DNA of 63,182 nucleotides, the filler included, from Choristocarpus tenellus KU-1152 (taxonomy: Eukaryota; Protista; Phaeophyceae): NCBI GenBank assembly GCA_964200185.2. It is 13 parts of 13 records of this genome, joined end to end, with 100 filler letters (N's around TTAATTAATTAA, not from the genome) between each part and the next. Parts side by side here need not be neighbours in the genome. Positions count along the whole stretch, not along the records: positions 39,882 to 42,964 come from CAXNAD020022440.1; positions 43,065 to 47,615 come from CAXNAD020014032.1; positions 47,716 to 52,051 come from CAXNAD020015056.1; positions 52,152 to 57,340 come from CAXNAD020011569.1; 9 more parts are not named here. The stretch is one strand, 5' to 3'. The notes beneath the pieces were generated by a model. That model had not been told where the DNA came from. It made no database searches and was given only the letters and a program-made list of their open reading frames with translations. This document shows, one piece after another, positions 40,136-52,330 of the stretch (its first letter is position 1; each line of letters starts with the position of its first letter). The translations under genes and the position numbers were made by a program.

Positions 40136-41426
40136 GCGTTTACGGCGGTGGCAGGCGTTGTGGTGAAAGTTGGTCGTGTCCCCTCCAACAAGCTCAGGAT
40201 GGAGCTGATGCAGGCCCTCGTGAAAATGAACTGGAGTAGCTCGCCCCCCACCCCCTCCGAGGACCCTTCAAGCGGAACCAGTCCACTGCCGAGATCAACT
40301 GCATTGGAACAGGTCCGCTCTCCTCAGAGGAGTGTCAAAGAAACAGTCAAGTTGGAGAGGTCGCCGCCATTTGGGAGGATCCATAGGTCGAATTCCATCG
40401 CTGGATCTGGGGTTATCCAGGGTAATCGCTCTGGGGTAGTCGGGGAGCGCCCCAGGGCTTCCTCGGGCATTGGATTCGGGCTGGGTATTGTGGGGCAGCG
40501 GAGCAAGTCTGAGAGGAGGTTAAAGGGTGGTGATCAGAGATTTGGGAGTGGAGAGATAGGACGTGGTAGAGATAAGGGAGGCAGTGATGGTGACGGTGGG
40601 GTGGGTGCGGGTTCAATCTTTCACGTGCCGTACATTGAGCAGGTGAGGACCATTAAAAAATAATAATAATAATAATAATGATCTTCACTTCACGAAAGTA
40701 CTGTAGTTTTTTATTATTTTTTTGCAGCTTGATTTTATTTCCCGTGGCTTGGTGGTAAAAAGAAAAATTCTTCTGTTTTTGAGTGATGTGTATGGATGTG
40801 TTTGTACCTCGATGTGTATGGATGTATTCCGAGTGTGTGGATCGGTGTATCTATCTGAAGTGGGTGCGTCAACCATCATCGGCTGTCCTCATTTTGATTA
40901 TTTTTTTTTGTTCTTCATCATTCCCGTGTTTTTTATTATTATCCAAAACTGTACGTGTGGTCAGAAGGTTAGGGTTAGGGTTACATACGCAGAGGAGAAC
41001 ACAGATATGATTTGAAAAAAAAAAACATTTACAAGGAAGAAAAGTGTCGGGTGCAATAAATAAAAAGTTAGTTAGTAAGAGTATAATTTTCTAGAATTTT
41101 CCTCTCTGAGTCCGAGGTGGCATGAAGGAGAGCAGCTCACTTTCTTTTTTTTATGAGAGACTCAAAAGTATCTGGGGAGGAGGGTCTACATCAGGGTAGG
41201 GTCTCCATTCGGGTCCTGACCAGGAAAACTGCAGTTACATTATCTATCTAACGCATGCAACCAAATTCACCCAAAAATCGTGACATGGGAAAATGGCCCT
41301 GAATGGACAGCCGCCAACCCCCCACCCACCCCTAGATATTTTGAGTCAAGAGAAAAATCGTCACCTGCATCACAGAAATTTCTGGAGGAAATTTCCTTCA
41401 GGTACACCTTTTGTGTGTCTTGAACC

Positions 41427-41468
<42 letters not shown>

Positions 41469-42931
41469 TCAATTGTGTCCTGTCCAGCTTTCCAAAGGCC
41501 TGGGAGGCGGCACCAGAGACACGTATGAAGATGGAATTGAGGTGTGAACATGATGACACACAATCAGTGATGACTGTAACTGCTGCGCTCTTATTAGGGT
41601 TATAGGGTGGTGACCCCTCAAAAAATAATAATAAAAAGCACACAACAACAACACATTTGTAACTCCGAAGCTATATGAAGCAGTACGGAGATGATGATGA
41701 TGATGATGTCATGTTTGCATGCCTCAGTCAGGCGTTTTTATTTTGAATATATTTTTTTTACATTTACAAAACATCGGTAGAATCCAACTCACAAATGTTA
41801 ATGATAATCATGATATTGTACAAGGGACAACCCTAACCCTAACCCAATGTCGTGGCATAATAATATCATATTGGCCCCCAAACCATGACCTTGTATCATT
41901 TTTTTTATTGCGGTTAGGGTTAGGGCTAGGGCTATCGGGTGTGTCTTTCAAAAGGGAAGCGCATGCCACAATGGACTGGGTGAGGTCCCAGTGACATGCG
42001 TAGCTTCGCAGGTAGATAGTTGGGTTAGGGTTAGGGTTAGGGTTAGGGTTGTCCTGCCTTTCAAGCACACAAACTACCCCTTCCTCCCCCTGCCCAATGG
42101 TTCAAAAAAGGCTAAGACGCTCAGGGAGATTGGTGTGGTGCTATCAAGAGAGCTAAAGAAGTTGTCCCTCAAATGGCTGATGCCACCTCACTGGGTGGAG
42201 GACCGAGTGGATGCTATCAAGGTGCACAAAGCTAGGGCATAAGCAGTTGGACTGAGGTAGTCTCTTGTTTTGTTTTGCAGAATCGACCCTAACCCTAACT
42301 AACACTTGAGAATCAGGGTTTCTTAACCCTAACCCTAACCCTGTAACTATTGTCCACCGTAATAAATAGTTCAATTAGGAATTTGCTTTCAATTCACGCT
42401 TTTTCACTTCGAAATTTCCGCGAAAGTAGAGTCGGTTTTCAGCTCTCTTTTTTCTTTTTATTTATATTTTTAGTGACACAAATCTAGTTCACCTTCGAAG
42501 GCTTGTACCCGGTAGAGTACGCTCCCTAACCGCTCGATACGATGCCTTACACAAAGAGACGTATGTTTTTGTAATTAACAAACACTTACACATGTGCATA
42601 CATGGCAGGCGTTTACCCGTCGTCCTACCAATAAGATGCTCATCCTATCTGTCCTGGAGGCTGCATCCGTAGAGCTCACTCGAGCAGGAGATCGTATCCA
42701 AGAAAAGCGTAAGGCCAAGGCCGAGGTTGAGGTCAAGAGAACCACGTTGGCTAAGGGAGGTGGTCGCCGGTACCGTAGTCAATCAGAGGGTACCATCACC
42801 TTCAATGGCGGTGCTGTTGGTGATGCTGGCGCTGGTTTGGAGGATGGGATTGGGAGGAATGATGTCACTGACGGCGAATCTTTGGGGGTGGGGGGGAGGA
42901 GAGCTGTTGGTAGGCGAGCCTGGAGGTTGAG
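40136..42931 (+). CDS. Unknown multi-exon gene, internal exons 40136-40642, 41488-41541, 42609-42931
   Basis: CAG acceptors, GTGAGG/GTGTGA/GTGAGT donors, phases 0-0-0; AFTAVAGVVVKVGRVPSNKLRMELMQALVKM...FHVPYIEQ|LSKGLGGGTRDTYEDGIE|AFTRRPTNKMLILSVLEAASVEL. Confidence 0.7.
41159..41347 (+). mobile_element. MITE family B (intronic)
   Basis: GACTCAAAAGTATCTGGGG...CCCTAGATATTTTGAGTC; flanks GAGA/AAGA. Confidence 0.88.
41429..41466. repeat. (CT)n microsatellite at the polypyrimidine tract of an acceptor
   Basis: Direct reading; ~20 nt upstream of the exon at 41488. Confidence 0.95.
41829..42342. repeat. Cluster of interstitial telomeric TTAGGG/CCCTAA tracts (others at 40968-40983, 51515-51545, 53722-53733)
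   Basis: CCCTAA at 41829-41845; TTAGGG at 41912-41930 and 42022-42050; CCCTAA at 42286-42303 and 42324-42342. Confidence 0.9.
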
Positions 42932-43655
42932 GTGAGTTACGCCATGCAGGAACTTGTCTCAAGGNNNNNNNNNNNNNNNNNNNNNNNNNNNNNNNNNNNN
43001 NNNNNNNNTTAATTAATTAANNNNNNNNNNNNNNNNNNNNNNNNNNNNNNNNNNNNNNNNNNNNGGGGGAGAGAGAAGTTAAATCCTCAACAAATGCTCT
43101 ACTGACAACAACCCCAAAAACATTACAAGGTTCAATTAACCCCCCCCCCCCCCCTCCCCCTCCCTCTGCAATCAAGTCAACCACCAAAGCACATCACACA
43201 AACATTTTAGCTCAGGGGGGGTTCACATTCAAAAGACAGGAGCAGCCCGACCAATTTGATTGCACTCACTAAGTCACACTCATGCACAGATCACACTCAT
43301 GTCTTCATTGATTGTACGATGCTTCACCTGAGGGGGGCCTGGACACTTTCTTTCTCCTTGTTCACAACAGGATTGAAGCCTCCTTTTGCTCCCCCCACCA
43401 GGTGCCCATTAGCTCTTACCGACTTTTTCCCACGGACGCACACAAAGGCCCCCCCCCCATGCACATGCACACAGATTAGTGTCACACCATGCATGCAGAT
43501 AAAAAGGTGTAGATAGGTCATCAAGAAGCGAAGTGGACAGTGAAGGGCGAGAGGGTAGGGCAGGCGAGGGCATCGCGCCAAGGATAGGCTGCGTTCGTTC
43601 ATTTCGCCGACAGGCCTTGCAAATTCCAACCCAAAAAAATCAAGATCTGTTAGTA

Positions 43656-43755
43656 TTTCAAACTCTTAAATCTACTGATGTTTCAAACTCTTAAATCTAC
43701 TTATGTTTCAAACTTTTAAATCTAATGATGTTTCAAACTTTTAAATCTACTGATG
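43656..43755. repeat. Minisatellite, 4 x 25 bp (TTTCAAACT(C/T)TTAAATCTACTGATG)
   Basis: Head-to-tail copies without spacers. Confidence 0.95.
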
Positions 43756-44007
43756 CGTAACACGCACGGCTAGTGCACTCACTCTCTGCAATCAATGCAT
43801 GTGGAACGAAAAAGAATACGAAAAAAGAATATGAAAGAAGGGACCCTCCTTCGGTTGGATTGTCATCTTCATTTCAATGCACAGTTTCAGTAATTACATA
43901 CGGACAAGGGCAAACAGCTTAGGAGGACTACTGTCAACTTACGCTCTTTTTTTTTTCATCACAAATCGAAAGAAAAAAAAAATTAAGTGCATGGTGATGC
44001 GCGCGCG

Positions 44008-44038
<31 letters not shown>

Positions 44039-44624
44039 ATACAGTTTGGTTTGGGCTTTTTTTTTTTGAAGTAGGAACGAAAAAATCGTTGTGAACTCTT
44101 TGTTAAGTTCAAACCTTGAAAAACAATTCGCACCTCAATGCTCGAACAATACAAATCATACAATCCGTATTAAAAAAAAATGAAAAGCGCAACAATGACC
44201 TCCACTTAGTGTGGACCCACAATTACACATAGACAGGAAAATGGCCATCTCAACTGGACGAACTGAAGGAATCTTCTATGGGTGGGTGTAGAGGAATATT
44301 TTATTGTGCAACAACAAGAACAATAAGAAAAAGAAAATAGGAGATGACGAAGCATAGCTCCGCTCAAGCCCCACATCTCCGTGCCGCTATCTCTCACTCT
44401 GTTGCACAAACACAGAAAGCAGGTAACAAAAAATATATCTACAGGTTCACACCAAGGATGAGGATGGGAGAAAAGATCTGAAGAGATATCACTAACCCAA
44501 CCCGATGTATTTTTGACACCATAATTATGATCAAATTGTTACCAAGAGTATACGTCTTCACCTTCACATTTATATTGTATGTGCTTGGGTTGGGGAAGTC
44601 TATCGACTTGGATCACACTCTCAC

Positions 44625-45880
44625 CTCAAAATCTTTGAGGTACCGCGCATACACCTCCTTCAACTGCTTCCCCATGGATTGAAATCCCATCAATGTGGCC
44701 ACCTTGTCCCACCGGGTCTTAGCAGCATCAACAGCACTTACACCTCCCATGTTCCCCACATGCTTGAAGAGCATGAACAAGCCGACAGGTTTGCCCCTGC
44801 ACAGAATGGGGAAGAATTAGTGCAGTGGTGGTGATAGGATATATGAGTGCAAACTTGCCTGTGTTGCGGGATCAAAGTCAGTGGTTATAGTAGTTGTCAT
44901 CAACGTGCCAACTGGGTTGAGGCAGGGATAGTTAAGTACTGCTGGGAGAATGTGTTGATCGCCCATGAGGTTATCCAGAGAAAGCAGTACATTTTAGTCA
45001 TGAGAATTTCTGAAGTATGATTGTAGGTCTGATGAAATGAAATGTATGCGCAAATTGTTCCCGCTTGCTTGGAAATATGTTGAGATATGACAACTTTTTC
45101 AACTATTTCGTATGCAGCAAACTCAGGAAGGTGGAATATTTCCGTACCTGGCAAATATTTCATCTCAACTCACCCACCCTTGTCCAAAGTAACCTTTCCA
45201 GACATCAGGCTGTCCATAGGTTTTCCTATGAGAAAGAGGAACTTGCGAAGATTCTCTGTGAAGTCGCGGGTGAGGCGCTGAGCACCAACCAGCCGTCCCT
45301 GCAACATTTGCATGACGGGCACTGCGGGTAAGTACGGGATACACGGCCAAGTTGTTTCCACCAAGGGGTCTTCATCTTCATACATGGCGAGGTTGCTGGC
45401 GAGGCTGAATTACCGTGGGTGCGAATATCAGTGTTATCTCCAACGTGAATAACAAGAAACACAAGCAAACATATAGCATGTCAGAGATGCTCTCACATTC
45501 CAATAAGGTATTTTTCGACGATACTCGCACTATTGAAAACACATGCCTCAATAGGGATGCGGTGCTAGTATCACGATGAACGAATCAGGTCGAACTGGGG
45601 ACGAGGCGATCTCAAAGAGAATGATACTCACAAGATCTTGTTGCTTCGTGTGAAAACGAAGCTTGTCGGGCTTGTGCGCGAATGGAGGCTTCCACCCCTG
45701 GGGAGGTGATATGCGACATATTCCATACCGCTCGGCTTCTGACCTAATATGCGCAATGTACTTGAGTGGCTCCCGAAACTCCTCCACGCTCGGGTAGTAA
45801 CACGGCGCTTCAACCACACCATCAAGACTAACTTTCCTTCGTTTTATCTCAGTCTCGGGTGGACCCTTCTTCTTACTCAT
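44625..45880 (-). CDS. KDM5: KDM5/JARID1-like histone demethylase, first three exons (45632-45880 JmjN; 45174-45298; 44625-44796 ARID); remainder not resolved
   Basis: EAPCYYPSVEEFREPLKYIAHIRSEAERYGICRISPP (JmjN); GKPVGLFMLFKHVGNMGG...WDKVATLMG...LKEVYARYLKDFE (ARID); canonical splice sites with matching phases. Confidence 0.9.
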
Positions 45881-46636
45881 ATTGGGAATGAGAGACAATT
45901 CAATTGCCTAGGTGATCAAGTTGTCAGTAATACTCGAAAATAATTACACGATTTCTTGGAAGTTTTTTCCAGAAAGAGGAGTTGTTTTGGGAGAGATGAT
46001 TAAAAGTTGTTCCCCAACCAGTTCAAAAAGTCCCCAACATCTTCTGTGCCATCGAAGGAGATAGTTCTCCTCCCCTCCCCCAACCCTGTGCCCGTGTCCA
46101 ACGTAACGAATGGGAGGTGGAGTTTGTAAGGGTATTGGAATGATGGTAAGTATATATTATGTCCTCAAACACTGCAGGTGTAAGTTTGTAGTAAGTATTT
46201 GTAAATATTGTAGAGGTGTATAGAAGTAGGGAATGATTTTTGATTTTGGGGTTGGACAAATTTTGGAAAATTCCCGATTTGCTCACCGAAAAATGGTGTC
46301 TAAGTATATTATACCTTTTTCAGCTAACATTTTTTACTATATTATGCCCTATACTAGCAGTATAATATATACCACCAACGGCTTCTAATTTAGTCATACC
46401 GGTACCATCGCTAAATAGTAATTTGGGAATACAAATTTTTGTGTCCATATTTTTATTGCCCTCTGACATTTTGTGTTCATGTTGTTCCTCTTAAGGACTT
46501 ATCAACAATACAAAAATTGGAACGGTTCTTCCGCCATATATCCTTTCCAACAAAAATGGAATGCAAAAAAAAGAAAGCTATCGTAGACACACGTAATAGA
46601 AGGGGAAAGTTTAACTGTACAAAGAAATATTGAGAT

Positions 46637-46689
46637 GTATGAATGTATGAATGTATGAATATATGAATGTATGAATGTATGAATGAATG
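46637..46689. repeat. (ATGAATGT)n simple repeat
   Basis: Direct reading. Confidence 0.9.
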
Positions 46690-47515
46690 TGAATCGATTC
46701 TCGTAACAAACCTGCTCAGTGTTACGTGTACGTTTTTGATAGGGACGTTGCTCCAAGCTATACCTTCATAGAGGTATTCCCTTTTCAAGGTATACGTTAG
46801 ATTCTGTTATTATTTTTATTCTAGAAGTGTTCCATATAATGACATCAGCATTACAGGACAATGTGTGGAACTGTACAATCCCCCAAATTTTATCATCCTC
46901 CGTTCTAACTTCTGAGTCACCTCGCCCTGCCATCAATACCCTTCCTTGACATCTCTCTCCTTTGTCCAATAAAATCTTGTTTCTCTTCTTGTTCCCATTC
47001 AATCTGAAGAGTCTGTCTGCTGTGTCCTACTCGTAGCAATAAACACTACTGGGTTGAAAAGGGCGAGTACTTGCACCAATAATACCTTAGTACATTGCCT
47101 GTACTCTGGGGGCCACACAGTTGCCCCATTCGCATATGCTAATCCATTCTTCTGGTTGGTACCTATAGTTCAACTGCAGCCAGAAGGGGTAGGAGAGTCA
47201 CTCTTACAAGCATCAGGTATGGGCTTCAGTATCCACATCACAGTGAAATATATGAGAACAGCGAACTAACTGGAGGTGAACCGTCACCTCGACCTGCAAG
47301 ATCAGGGACCTCAATCCTACAAAGAAGTCCTCCTAGATGATGGGAAAAAAATTCATCATCATGGGAGGGATTTAGGGATCTCTGTAAATTCAGATTTTCG
47401 TGCAGTGGACTGGCGGGTGGTTCAACAAATGGTATCATCTGTGGATAAACAACCACTGATATTGCCTCTCATGTCCTCATCATGCCCTATTCCCTTCAAA
47501 ATCACTACTAATACT

Positions 47516-47615
47516 GGCTCAAAGTATCTATCTGGGGGGGGGGGGGCGGCGGCTGTCCATTTGAAGTCAATTTTTTCATGTCGCGATTTTTGGGTGTTGT
47601 GGTTGCTTGCGTGGG
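47516..47615 (-). mobile_element. MITE family B, truncated by contig end (an isolated end is also seen at 15065-15085)
   Basis: GGCTCAAAGTATCT...GGCGGCTGTCCATTTG. Confidence 0.8.
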
Positions 47616-47999
47616 NNNNNNNNNNNNNNNNNNNNNNNNNNNNNNNNNNNNNNNNNNNNTTAATTAATTAANNNNNNNNNNNNNNNNNNNNNNNNNNNNN
47701 NNNNNNNNNNNNNNNCCCCCCCCCCCCCCCACCCTGTCAGATACGCCGATCTGCATTTATCTATTTTCTCGGGCAAGTTGTTGGACTACTTGTCATGGTG
47801 CTTTCGGGCAACAGGCGGTCTTGGGCAGTGAGAAGGTCTAGGAGTGATGAGATTCGAAGCCGGGTGTAAGAACGAGGTTTGAGCTCCGGGCGATCCGTCG
47901 GACCACCCTGAGATCCAATGTCCGGAAAAAGCGTGCATTAGGGTTTTCGGAAGAGTTTGTAAATCCGATTATATCCGTACTTACAATTTATTAAATACA

Positions 48000-49600
48000 A
48001 AGCACATGCTTAATTGATCTTGTACGTTTCCAATGTACCGAAATCCATAACTATTCTTGTATACAAACGGATACAAATGAAATAGATTCTATGAGTGAGT
48101 GTGTTGGTGTGAGGAGTGTGTTGGTATCAGGGTCAATCAAATAATGACTGCCTTTTCCCTTCCCCATCCCTAGATCGATGGGATTTTTCTGTGAATGAGT
48201 CAAGGATAAACTCGCTACAACGAGAGAAGACCATGTATCTCCATTAAGTGTTTGCCTGATCAAACCTTTTTTCAACCTCTATTCTAGTGTGGAGTGAATG
48301 TCATTGTGTGTCATGTACCAAGAATCAGCAGCCATCGGTGGGCACTCTAACCGCCAGCTCAATGCATGCATGCATTCATGTGTATGTGTGTGTGTAGCTA
48401 CTATAGGTAACATGACCGAATTGAAATCATGATCTATGTTCAAGGCGATGGTATCCTTGACAGTGCAGGACATCAACATCAGTTATTAATACCACTTGGG
48501 AGGAGGGCCAAGAGGTAAGGAGAAGTCTTCTGAAGCTTTAGGTATTGAAATTATGCTCTTAATCGATTCTTACACCATACTTTTTCTTGTGTTGATGGAG
48601 CAGGTATCACTGACAACACCAGCATGGACTTCTCTCCATGTCTACCACACAAATCGCACGGTACTAGATACCATAAGGTCTATCTGTACCTCTAAACCAG
48701 AGGTGCAGTTGGTGATATATACTGACATGTTCTTATTTTTCTGACTGGATATTCGTGTTGATAGGGACGAGAGATAGGTCTGGGTTCGGATCACCCAGTA
48801 GGAGTCCTTTCATTAAAGGATTTACATTTTCTGCATTGGAGAATCCACTGCCACGTTGCCCCCTTCTGTCCTGTAGGGCTACATACATAAATTGAAGAAC
48901 ATTTATTACAGGGTTTGAGGTATTGTGACAGCATCTACACGAAGATGGAGTATGTTATGATTACTTTTTATGAACGTGGAATGATTTGAGGTTTGAACTT
49001 CTGGGGGTGGAGTTTGTTGATTGCATTGAAGGAACATCATTTTTCGCAAGTCGCAGATTCTTACAGTAGTAGTAGATACGATGCAAACTCCAATGGAAGA
49101 TGCAAGGCCCAGTAGTGCCCTTTAGCTGTACAAAGTGGGACCAAACCTAAGTATATCTTCAGTGCAACTTCGAACCACTCCAATACATTGTTGTAGTGTT
49201 CACAGATAGCATCAAATAGAGGTTTCTTCAAGAGGTTCCATGGGCAAAAAGAAATGACAGATAGGTGAACCAAAGCTTTGGATCACGTTACAAATGAAGG
49301 ACAGGTTATTCCCAAGCTGAGTGCTTCATTGCATTGTAGGAAAATACGGTACATCACAAGCACTTCAATCACCACCTGGGATTGTCCTTTCTTCATATCA
49401 ACCGAGAAGCATTCCATCAATACAAGCAGAAAGTTTTTTGAGGGCTGCCTCTCGATTCCAATTGTACACCAATACATCAGAAGAGGTGGCCTTCCCCTCA
49501 AAAGAGTCAGTGCCGACCTAGGGACCTTTCTTTGCAAAGTGCGACCTAGGAATAAAGACCTACCTTCCTGCTCCTTTAGTGCACTTTTCACTGACAGCTC
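48000..49600 (-). mobile_element. Heavily decayed Ty3/gypsy RT-RNase H-integrase
   Basis: Ordered weak motifs FLG...ALTLLR, LKIYLGL...KGH, GNVAVDS, WREVH, SEDFSLPL; many stops. Confidence 0.5.
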
Positions 49601-50133
49601 ATGCCTTCAATAGTGTACCTTAATTTGGTGTACCTTCAATGGTATAGTGTTGTACACACATCACTATGTATAGTGCACTTCAGGCACCATGGTGTTGGTC
49701 TTATAGTGCAGGACTGGGTCATTGCCACTTCCACTTTCTGTACATGACCCTCACCAGCATTTTTTTTTTTTACTGTGGGTGGTGCAGGGGTGCTTCATAC
49801 TACTTATCTTTCAAGAAATCGCACCAACAAAAATAAAAAAAGAGATTGCGACCAAAACCAGTTGCACGCACACAATCAACACTACTAATACTGTGTACTG
49901 TTCACAAACAACAAACACGACCAACACGACAAAAACGTACGTGAAGTGTTCCACAACGGGGAGAGAAACTCAAGAAAGAGGCCTTACTCTGGCTAGTCAA
50001 GCAACTCAAATTCAATCAACCATGAAAAAAAAAAAACTGTGCCAGAATGAAACAAATCGCAACACACCAAATTCAACAAATAAAACATACAAAAAACATT
50101 CACGTTCGACCTTGTAGAGATTAAACATTACGC

Positions 50134-50203
50134 ACAACACAACACAACACAACACAACACAACACACAACACAGCACAACACTGCACTGCACTGCACTGC
50201 ACT
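50134..50203. repeat. Compound pentanucleotide microsatellite (CAACA)n(CACTG)n
   Basis: Direct reading; ~500 bp downstream of the SKP1 stop. Confidence 0.9.
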
Positions 50204-50725
50204 CCAAAGCTCTGTACCTGCCACTTCTTTGCTCTTCACTGCGACCTCTGCACTCTATATATGCAGAACAATAATTTCTACGGTGAAGGGATACATGTAA
50301 CTGTAACTGTAACTGCAGTCACTTCGTCGGAATCTTGTCAAATGGAGCAAAAAGCAGATACATGTATGCGCAACATGGGCCTGAGCTACCCCCCCCCCGC
50401 CCCCCCGCGTGCGCCAACACACTCACAATCTCCACACAACAATCGACCCTGTTTCATACCCTCATCGAGTCAGGCCAAATGCTGTCAATATATACGTATA
50501 TACGTATATATATATATATATTGCCACCAACAGAGCAAAATGCCATCTAAACCACACACACCACTAAGCAAACGCCACGCAAATCAGACCACATTACTGG
50601 AACTTAGTATCCCTTCCTCCTCTAGTTGACAGCCAACCCCCACACACCCTCTCCACCACAGAGTACTCCATCAGTCTCAAGTCCACACTAATGTTCAAAG
50701 AAGTAAGGAAAAGTACAGTACATCC

Positions 50726-52014
50726 TCAGCTGCTGATTGCTGGTTCAGTACTCCACTTGTTTTCATCTCGAATTCTCCTCTCTACCTCTGGAGAAAATTC
50801 TTCGTGGATATTAAACTCTTCTCGAACCTGGTCTGGCGTTTTGTCTGATGTTGGTAAATTAGGAAGGCGTGGGTAACGTTGTCGGCAGAGGGGGAGGGGG
50901 GGATGGGGGGGAAGGGAGGGTATATCTTAGTATCTTAGGTCAGGAACATTAATAATAACAATAATAATAATACTAATAATAATAATAACAGAGGTACAGT
51001 GAGTACAAGAAAGAAAATAATAATTTGATAAAAAGAGTGAAAGTATCTTAGAGGGTACGAGTTTTTCCCTGTTTGTCCATTTGGGGCTTGGCTTCCCACG
51101 CGTTTTTAATGACATTTTACTTGCTCCAAAATGTTTTGGAGTAGGTAAAATGTGTATGTTATGAAAAGGTGTGTCCAGAACAAGGATATCGACGTCTCCA
51201 AACAAACACCATAGCCAAAATTACATCAAAATTGCAACATTGGATTTTGACCCCCAGAGGAAGAAACGTTTTGAACCTCGAGAAAATATAAAAATATAAA
51301 AATTAATAAAAATTAAATTAATACATTACAGTCCAGGCTGACCTCAACCCAAACACAGTGCGGCTGTCACCATCAAAACAAGATCAAGATCACAACCAAC
51401 CTCGGGAGAAGGAGGTCATCAGGGCCCCGAGATGGAAACAATCGCTCAAACATTCACCTCCCCCATACGTGTCAGTCAAAAGTCAATCAGAAAAACCCTA
51501 CCCAAATACAACACCCCTAACCCTAACCCTAACCCTAACCCTAAACCTTCAAGTCGGGGTACATAACGCACCGCCGACGACACTTGAATCCAGTATCAAA
51601 AAATAAATATATAAATACATAAATATGTGTACGTATCGCCTTCCATGTTTTTTACAGAGCAACCAATCCCCAAGCCTATTAGCACCGTTGGAACTACTTC
51701 CATCATATTCTGCTTTTCAAAGTGCAACTGCTGACAGTTTTTTTTTTGAAGAAAAAAAAATTCAGTAATAAAAAAAATACATATACGTACGTACACATAT
51801 ATACCACTAGCGGTGTAAGATGTGATTCTAGCAAAAGAGTCTCACTTATGATTTTCAGTCCAACAGTGGCTGCGCAGATATCCAGGAGAGGAACCAGATC
51901 AAGGTAGTTTGCTGCAAAAAGGAGCTCAAAGAGCATTTCATTGTCTAATCCTGACATGAAGGAGGCATACCATGGCTGAACATGGTCCGACACTCTTTTA
52001 CCATAAGGGATTGG
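50726..52014 (-). CDS. SKP1: SKP1-like SCF adaptor, last two exons (51846-52014, 50726-50844)
   Basis: WYASFMSGLDNEMLFELLFAANYLDLVPLLDICAATVGLKII|NKTPDQVREEFNIHEEFSPEVERRIRDENKW; phase-1 intron. Confidence 0.93.
51035..51256 (+). mobile_element. MITE family A in the SKP1 intron, 3' TIR missing
   Basis: 5' TIR and body match the family. Confidence 0.88.
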
Positions 52015-52167
52015 CTGGGGGGGAGAGTGCGGCAGGGGAGAAGGTGGGGGGNNNNNNNNNNNNNNNNNNNNNNNNNNNNNNNNNNNNNNNNNNNNTTAAT
52101 TAATTAANNNNNNNNNNNNNNNNNNNNNNNNNNNNNNNNNNNNNNNNNNNNTGACTGAGTAGGAGAG

Positions 52168-52330
52168 GTTCGAAGTATCTAGGGGGGGAGGGGGGGAGGT
52201 CTACACCAGGGTGTCCATTCGGACCCTGACCAGGAGAAGTTAACTTACATTATTCATCGCCCAAAATTCGCGACATGGAACAATGAACCCTGAATGGACA
52301 GCTGCCACCCCCTCCCAGATACTTTCACCA
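52168..52330 (+). mobile_element. MITE family B
   Basis: AAGTATCTAGGGG...GGTCTACACCAGGGTGTCCATT...CCCAGATACTTT. Confidence 0.85.

Noticed and set aside
43656-43755. CRISPR-like 25-bp repeats
   Set aside because: Head-to-tail with no spacers, no cas genes, eukaryotic intron context; this is a minisatellite
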